This document shows positions 58,551-64,000 of a stretch of 64,000 nt of DNA, piece by piece (the stretch's first letter is position 1; every line of letters begins with the position of its first letter). The stretch spans positions 12,888 through 76,887 of the forward strand of contig JAWODN010000046.1 of NCBI GenBank assembly GCA_046483285.1. The letters are read 5' to 3'. A program made the translations under genes and the position numbers. Source of the stretch: Candidatus Aminicenantes bacterium (GTDB lineage Bacteria > Acidobacteriota > Aminicenantia > Aminicenantales > Aminicenantaceae). The notes under the pieces are model-generated. The model was not told the DNA's origin, did not search any database, and worked only from the letters and a program-made list of their open reading frames with translations.

Positions 58551-59694
58551 TCAGCTTGAATGCGAACCATTCATCCGGCCCGGATTTTGCTTGCGCTGAA
58601 TCAGGCCGGCTTTGATAAATGGGTCCAAATCACCGTCAAGAACACGGTCCACATCGCCGGTCTCGACTCCGGTCCGGAGGTCTTTAATCATTTGATAGGG
58701 ATGAAGGACATAAGACCGGATTTGATTGCCCCAGGCGATTTCGGATTTGGCGTCTTCCAGTTTTTCCAGTTTTTCGTTTTGTTTTCTTTTTTCCAGTTCA
58801 TAAAGCCGGGATTTCAGCACTTTTAAAGCCGCAGCTTTATTTTTGTGCTGGGATCTTTCATTCTGGCATTGCACCACGATTCCGGTAGGAAGGTGGGTGA
58901 TGCGCACAGCGGAGTCCGTCACATTGACATGCTGGCCGCCGCGCCCGGACGCCCGGTAGGTGTCGATTCGAAGCTCATCCTGTGAAATTTCGAGTTGGAT
59001 ATCTTCTTCAATTTCCGGATATACGAAAACCGCCGCAAAGGAGGTGTGGCGCCTTTTATTGGCGTCGAACGGTGAGATGCGCACCAAACGGTGAACCCCG
59101 CTCTCCAGGCGTAAAGTTCCATACGCATAATCTCCGCTTATGTGCAAGGTGGCGCTTTTAATTCCGGCTTCTTCACCTGGAGAGACATCCAGGATTTTGG
59201 TTTTGAATTCCTTTCTTTCAGAGAAACGAAGATACATGCGCAGAAGCATTTCCGACCAGTCCTGGGATTCAGTGCCTCCGGCCCCCGGATGAATGGTCAG
59301 GATGGCGTTGAAGGAGTCTTCTTTTTCTGTGAAGAGTGTTTTTAATTGGGCGTCTTCTAATTTTTGTGAAAATTCCTTGAGAACCGACTCCAAATCACTG
59401 CGAACATTCTCACCTTCATCGCTGAGCTCTAAAACAACCTCCAATTCATCTTTGCTTTCCTGCAGCATATCGAATAAGGCCAGGCTGTTTTCCAGCCGCT
59501 TTTTTTTCTGTTGAAGGTGTTGAAGTTTTTTTTGATCTTCCCAGTGTTCAGGAGACGCCAGGTCAGCCTCAACTTCTTTTAAACGGGATCTTTTTTTCTC
59601 CAGGTCAAAGATAACCTCTGAGTTCTTCAAATTTATTGAATAATTCTTTCGATTGTTCTTTTAAATCCGATAAACTTTTTGACGTATCGTTCAT
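58551..59694 (-). CDS. prfB: Peptide chain release factor 2, programmed +1 frameshift
   Basis: ORF1 MNDTSK...LRGYL ends CTT-TGA-C (59610-59604) with AGAGG internal SD; +1 frame has SPF and GGQ motifs. Confidence 0.96.
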
Positions 59695-61265
59695 TTTTTC
59701 ACCTTTTTTCCGGCATTGCGGTTTGAAAAAAACAGGGAAAGAATAAGGAATAATGCGGTTATTGTCAAGCTGAGGCAGGAAAGCCAATCTCCGAAACGGA
59801 CATAGGGGGATTGATCCTTATTTATGGCTATCCGGGCGTTTAAAAAAGCTTGGGTGTTCAAACCGGTTCTGGACAGAATCCTTCCGGTGGGGGCTATAAC
59901 TCCGCTGACTCCAGTGGTGGCGGCTCTCAACAGATAACGCCGGTTTTCCACGGCCCGGATCACGGCGATGGCGAAATGCTGATAAGGAGCGGAGCTGGTG
60001 CCGTACCAGCCGTCATTGGTGATTGTGACCAGGAATCCGGCTCCCCGTTGTGTGAATTTTCTGACTAAACCCGGGAAAATGATTTCATAGCATATCGGCG
60101 AACCGAATTCATGGCCGTTGAACTTGTGAAGCCGCAGCTCTTGGCCGGGAGTGAGTTCCCCGATGGCGTGGGTGAAGGTGGAGAGGAATCCGAATATGAA
60201 TTTATAAGGCGTGTATTCGCCGAAAGGGACCAGATGCGTTTTATAATAAGAGCTGAGCGAAAGATCGGGACTCACACAGACGGCGGCATTATAATATTCC
60301 GTTTCCCCGCCGGCGGATGAGGACTCATTGCTTCCCACCAGAAGAGTGCATCCGGTTTTTTGAACAAAATCAAACAAACGGCGGGACAGCAGGGGGTAAA
60401 TTCCAAAATCGCAGGTGAAACAAAGAGGAACGGATAATTCCGGCCAGACAATTAAATCGGCGCCCTCTTCATAAGCCCGCCGGCTGAGTTCCAGGTGGCG
60501 GTTGAAAAGGCTCATGAAACGGCCGGTATCGACGGCCGAAAAATCAGTCGCAGCCGGAGTGTTGCCTTGAACAACGGCCCCGTTGAAAGTGACTTCATCG
60601 GCCTGCCTGCTGTTGATACTCAAATATCCTCCGGTATGCACGGCCAAAAGGAGCCCCAAGGGCAGGAGAAGAAGCCTGGGTTTTTTTTTTAATGCACTCA
60701 AACATATCAAGCTTTGAAAAAGAATTATGGTCAAAGATAACCCGTAAACTCCGGTGACGGAGGCCAATTGAATGAAATAAAGATTAAATGCCTGGCTGTT
60801 CCCTAAAAGTCCCCAGGGGAAGCCGGTGAATAAATGGGTGAGAATATATTCCGTGGTCACCCAAAGGAACGGTGCGAGCAGGTAGGCCTTCAGGGCGAAT
60901 TTTTTTTTCACCAGGGCGAAAGACCATGCGAATAAACCCCAAAACAGCCCTAAAAAAAGACCAAACAACAGGTAAATCATAACGCTGAAAACCGGTGACA
61001 AACCTCCGTAATAAGCTGGAACAGCGGGAATCCAATAAAGCAGGACCGCGTAAAAAAAGAATCCTGCGATCGTCCCCCGCATAAAAGCTTGACGGGAAGA
61101 CCACCGGGATAAAAGCAGCAAAAAGGGGATCAGCGCCACCCAGGCCAAAAAAAAGAGATTGAATTTGGGAAAAGCGGCCGCGGCTGCGGCTCCGCTTGCG
61201 CAGATTAAAAGCCAATCACTCAATCTGTTTTTTAAAATAATGATAGAGCGGCGGTTTTCTGTCAT
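59691..61265 (-). CDS. lnt: Apolipoprotein N-acyltransferase
   Basis: GFPWGLLG, WPE, YYKTHLVPFGEY, ICYE, TNDGW. Confidence 0.94.
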   Translation of the reverse strand: MTENRRSIIILKNRLSDWLLICASGAAAAAAFPKFNLFFLAWVALIPFLLLLSRWSSRQAFMRGTIAGFFFYAVLLYWIPAVPAYYGGLSPVFSVMIYLLFGLFLGLFWGLFAWSFALVKKKFALKAYLLAPFLWVTTEYILTHLFTGFPWGLLGNSQAFNLYFIQLASVTGVYGLSLTIILFQSLICLSALKKKPRLLLLPLGLLLAVHTGGYLSINSRQADEVTFNGAVVQGNTPAATDFSAVDTGRFMSLFNRHLELSRRAYEEGADLIVWPELSVPLCFTCDFGIYPLLSRRLFDFVQKTGCTLLVGSNESSSAGGETEYYNAAVCVSPDLSLSSYYKTHLVPFGEYTPYKFIFGFLSTFTHAIGELTPGQELRLHKFNGHEFGSPICYEIIFPGLVRKFTQRGAGFLVTITNDGWYGTSSAPYQHFAIAVIRAVENRRYLLRAATTGVSGVIAPTGRILSRTGLNTQAFLNARIAINKDQSPYVRFGDWLSCLSLTITALFLILSLFFSNRNAGKKVKK

Positions 61266-61301
61266 GAGCCAGGATGGAAATTTTAAAATTCCGGAAGATG
61301 G

Positions 61302-61859
61302 CTATTCTTGGACAATGAAATAATCCGCGCTCTTTTTATTTTGATCACGGGCCAGCCGCTGGATGATTTGTTCGGCATTTTCACGGTTTTCATAGCCGCC
61401 CACCCGGACCCGAAACAACCGGCGGTCTCCAGAAGAAGGCTCAACCACCAAAGCGGGGTAACCCAGTTGCTTGAGGGAATCCACCTCTTTTTGAGCGTTC
61501 GACCGGTCCGAGTACGCACCGACTTGTATATAATAAAGTTCGCCTCCGGATTGAACCGGAACCGGTTTTGTCTTCACGGCTTCGGGCTTTTCGGTGCGCT
61601 GTTCCTGGGCTTGCTTATGAGACTCGATTTCCTCGCTGATCGGATCCGCAGGTTCAGGGATAACCGGTTTTTTTTCGGTAACCTGTTCAATGGACTGGGT
61701 GGGGTATGGGGTGGATTCCTCGATTTCGAACTGTTTTTTTCCCACTGAAACCCCCAGCAAAAACACCACCACTCCTAAAACGAGAACCGCCATGAAAATA
61801 AAAATCAGCATGGAGCTGGATATCTGAATTTCCCGGTAATCTTTATTCCTCATCTTCAC
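61302..61859 (-). CDS. SPOR domain membrane protein
   Basis: N-terminal TM; YYIQVGAY...FRVRVGGY. Confidence 0.88.
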   Translation of the reverse strand: MKMRNKDYREIQISSSMLIFIFMAVLVLGVVVFLLGVSVGKKQFEIEESTPYPTQSIEQVTEKKPVIPEPADPISEEIESHKQAQEQRTEKPEAVKTKPVPVQSGGELYYIQVGAYSDRSNAQKEVDSLKQLGYPALVVEPSSGDRRLFRVRVGGYENRENAEQIIQRLARDQNKKSADYFIVQE

Positions 61860-62616
61860 TGCCTGTGTTTGATTGTTTCTTCATAAAAGACGTTATAAAG
61901 TCAATCGGAAGCGGAAAGACAATGGTGGAATTTTTCTCCGCTGCAATTTCAGATAACGTGCCCAAAAACCTTAACTGCAGGGCCTGGGGATTTTTGGAAA
62001 GGATGGCCGCGGCTTGGGTGAGTTTTTCCGAAGCCTGGAATTCACCCTGTGCGTGAATGACCTTGCCCCGCCTTTCCCGTTCGGCTTCCGCCTGCCTGGC
62101 GATAGCCCGGATCATATTCTCCGGAAGGTCCACATGTTTAACTTCCACCAGCTGGACCTTGATTCCCCACGGGTCGGTGTGTTTATCAATGATTTCCTGC
62201 AGCTGATTGTTCAATTTTTCTCTTTCGGAAAGCAGCTCATCCAAATCCGCTTCACCCAGGACGCTTCTCAAAGTGGTTTGAGCCAGTTGGGAAGTGGCAA
62301 ACAGGTAATCCTCCACCGAGACGACGGATCTCATGGGTTCCATGACCCGGAAATAAACCACCGCGTTGACTTTAACTGTGACATTATCGCGGGTGATGAC
62401 ATCCTGCGAGGGAACGTCCATGGTGACAACCCGGAGACTGATGCGAACCATCCGGTCGATAGGGGGGAATACAAATATCAATCCCGGACCCTTGGGCTTG
62501 TCCAGAACCCGGCCCAGACGGAAAATGACGCCCCGTTCATATTCTTTCAGAATCTTAATGGCATTCAGTAGGTATAATACGACAAGACCAATGACGATCA
62601 CCGGAAAAGTTAGCAT
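61843..62616 (-). CDS. Slipin/stomatin (SPFH) family protein
   Basis: [30 protein letters not shown]. Confidence 0.92.
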   Translation of the reverse strand: MLTFPVIVIGLVVLYLLNAIKILKEYERGVIFRLGRVLDKPKGPGLIFVFPPIDRMVRISLRVVTMDVPSQDVITRDNVTVKVNAVVYFRVMEPMRSVVSVEDYLFATSQLAQTTLRSVLGEADLDELLSEREKLNNQLQEIIDKHTDPWGIKVQLVEVKHVDLPENMIRAIARQAEAERERRGKVIHAQGEFQASEKLTQAAAILSKNPQALQLRFLGTLSEIAAEKNSTIVFPLPIDFITSFMKKQSNTGSEDEE

Positions 62617-62626
62617 AGTCTCCTCC

Positions 62627-63910
62627 TTAATCTAAGTTAATGACCTTTATTTTAAGGTTATCGAGCATTTCGACAACCTTGATTTTACTGCCTGCCGGGA
62701 TGTCTTCATCCGCCACCGCGTCCCAGATTTCACCAAAAACAAATACTTTTCCTTCCGGGTTCAAGTGAGTTCGCGCTGTGCCGGTCTCACCGACTAAACC
62801 TTCTCCTCCGGTTCGAACCCGTCCGGCCTGCGACCGGATGGCGATAATTATCAGGAAAATGAAAATCAGTGATAATCCCAAAGCCACCGGAATGATAAAA
62901 CTCAAGTCCGGTTTCAATTCGGGTATCGGTGCGTCGATGAGCATAATGGATCCTAGAAGCAGGGCCGCGATTCCTCCAAGAGACAGGATACCATAACTTT
63001 GTATTTTAATCTCTAAAATAAACAATCCCACCGCCATGAATATCAAAATCAGGCCGACGTAATTAATGGGCAGGATTTGAAAACTGAAAACAGCCAAAAG
63101 GATGCAGATACCACCGATGACGCCGGGGAAAATAGCGCCGGGATTGGAAAACTCAAAATATAATCCCAGCAATCCCACCATAAACAGGATGTAAGCAAGA
63201 TTGGGATTGGAAATGGTCAGTAAAAATTTTTGCCGGCGGGTCATGGCGATTTCAATAACGGGCTCGTCTTTCAACTCCAGAACTGTTTCTGTATCATTGA
63301 ATCTCAGAATGCGTTCCCCGTGTAATTTATCAATCAAAATTCCGCTGTCGGCGGCGATAAAGTCGATAAGCCCGCCGTTTAAAGCTTCTTCTTCGGTATA
63401 AGACAGGCTTTCCCTGACGGCTTTTTCCGCCATATCAATATTCCGCTGTCTTTTCTTGGCGAGGGATTTGATGTATGCGGCCGCGTCATGGGTGACTTTT
63501 TCCGCCATGGTCTCATCCATGGCCTGTCCGGTCAGGGATATGCCGACCGGATGAGCGGCTCCGGTGCTGGTCCCCGGGGCCATGACAAAAACGTCACACG
63601 CCACAGAGATGAAGAATCCGGCGGAAGCGGCCCGGGCGCCGGAGGGGCTGACATAAGACACAACCGGAACCCGGGAATCCAGAATGGATTCGATGATTTT
63701 TCGCATGGATGTGTCCAGCCCTCCGGGCGTGTTGATGTGCATGATCAGGAGTTTGGCGTCTTCCTGTTCCGCCTTTTCAATGGATTTGCGGATATATTCC
63801 GAGGTCACAGGATGAATGGGGGCGTCAAACCTGATTTCAATGATGGACGGATACGTTGAAACCGGAGTCATTCCGGCAATAATAATAAGAATTAGAAGAC
63901 GCTTTTTCAC
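62627..63910 (-). CDS. nfeD: NfeD membrane-bound serine protease
   Basis: NTPGGL, RAASAG, GAAHP, TM domain, C-terminal OB fold GEIW; adjacent to slipin. Confidence 0.9.
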   Translation of the reverse strand: MKKRLLILIIIAGMTPVSTYPSIIEIRFDAPIHPVTSEYIRKSIEKAEQEDAKLLIMHINTPGGLDTSMRKIIESILDSRVPVVSYVSPSGARAASAGFFISVACDVFVMAPGTSTGAAHPVGISLTGQAMDETMAEKVTHDAAAYIKSLAKKRQRNIDMAEKAVRESLSYTEEEALNGGLIDFIAADSGILIDKLHGERILRFNDTETVLELKDEPVIEIAMTRRQKFLLTISNPNLAYILFMVGLLGLYFEFSNPGAIFPGVIGGICILLAVFSFQILPINYVGLILIFMAVGLFILEIKIQSYGILSLGGIAALLLGSIMLIDAPIPELKPDLSFIIPVALGLSLIFIFLIIIAIRSQAGRVRTGGEGLVGETGTARTHLNPEGKVFVFGEIWDAVADEDIPAGSKIKVVEMLDNLKIKVINLD

Positions 63911-63919
63911 TTTGATTTT

Positions 63920-63948
63920 ATTATAGATAGGTGTGTTTCTGAAGTCAA
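63920..63948 (-). promoter_or_regulatory. Sigma70 promoter of the nfeD operon
   Basis: Minus strand TTGACT-17 nt-TATAAT, 9 nt before GTG start. Confidence 0.7.
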
Positions 63949-64000
63949 TATTTTATCTTGACTTTTCATTGTCAATCCACTTTAATAATAATCTGGATGA

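Overview
GC-moderate bacterial chromosomal window, almost entirely core and metabolic genes of an anaerobic diderm. Gene content and synteny suggest an Acidobacteriota/Aminicenantia-like lineage (inference only). It contains serS with two convergent tRNA-Ser genes, a large Alu-domain SRP RNA, argS, gcvT-H-PA-PB-glyQ-glyS, pyrR-pyrB-pyrC-rnc, ribF, mazG, a +1-frameshifted prfB, lnt, nfeD/slipin, mutY, a truncated metH, a Gld-type ABC system and three c-di-GMP proteins. The standout is a 9.1-kb, ten-gene operon on the minus strand: hdrC-hdrB-korD-korA-korB-korC-hdrA-mvhD-FeS subunit-fumarate reductase/succinate dehydrogenase-type flavoprotein. It has no hydrogenase large subunit, no NAD-binding Flx subunit and no membrane anchor, which suggests a soluble flavin-bifurcating/confurcating complex coupling 2-oxoacid oxidation and the succinate/fumarate couple to a thiol/disulfide. 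The longer intergenic regions are mosaics of at least three nested non-autonomous repeat families: TIR-bounded MITE-like elements, REP/RPE-like palindromes and a multibranch structured element. No transposase, CRISPR array or prophage was seen.
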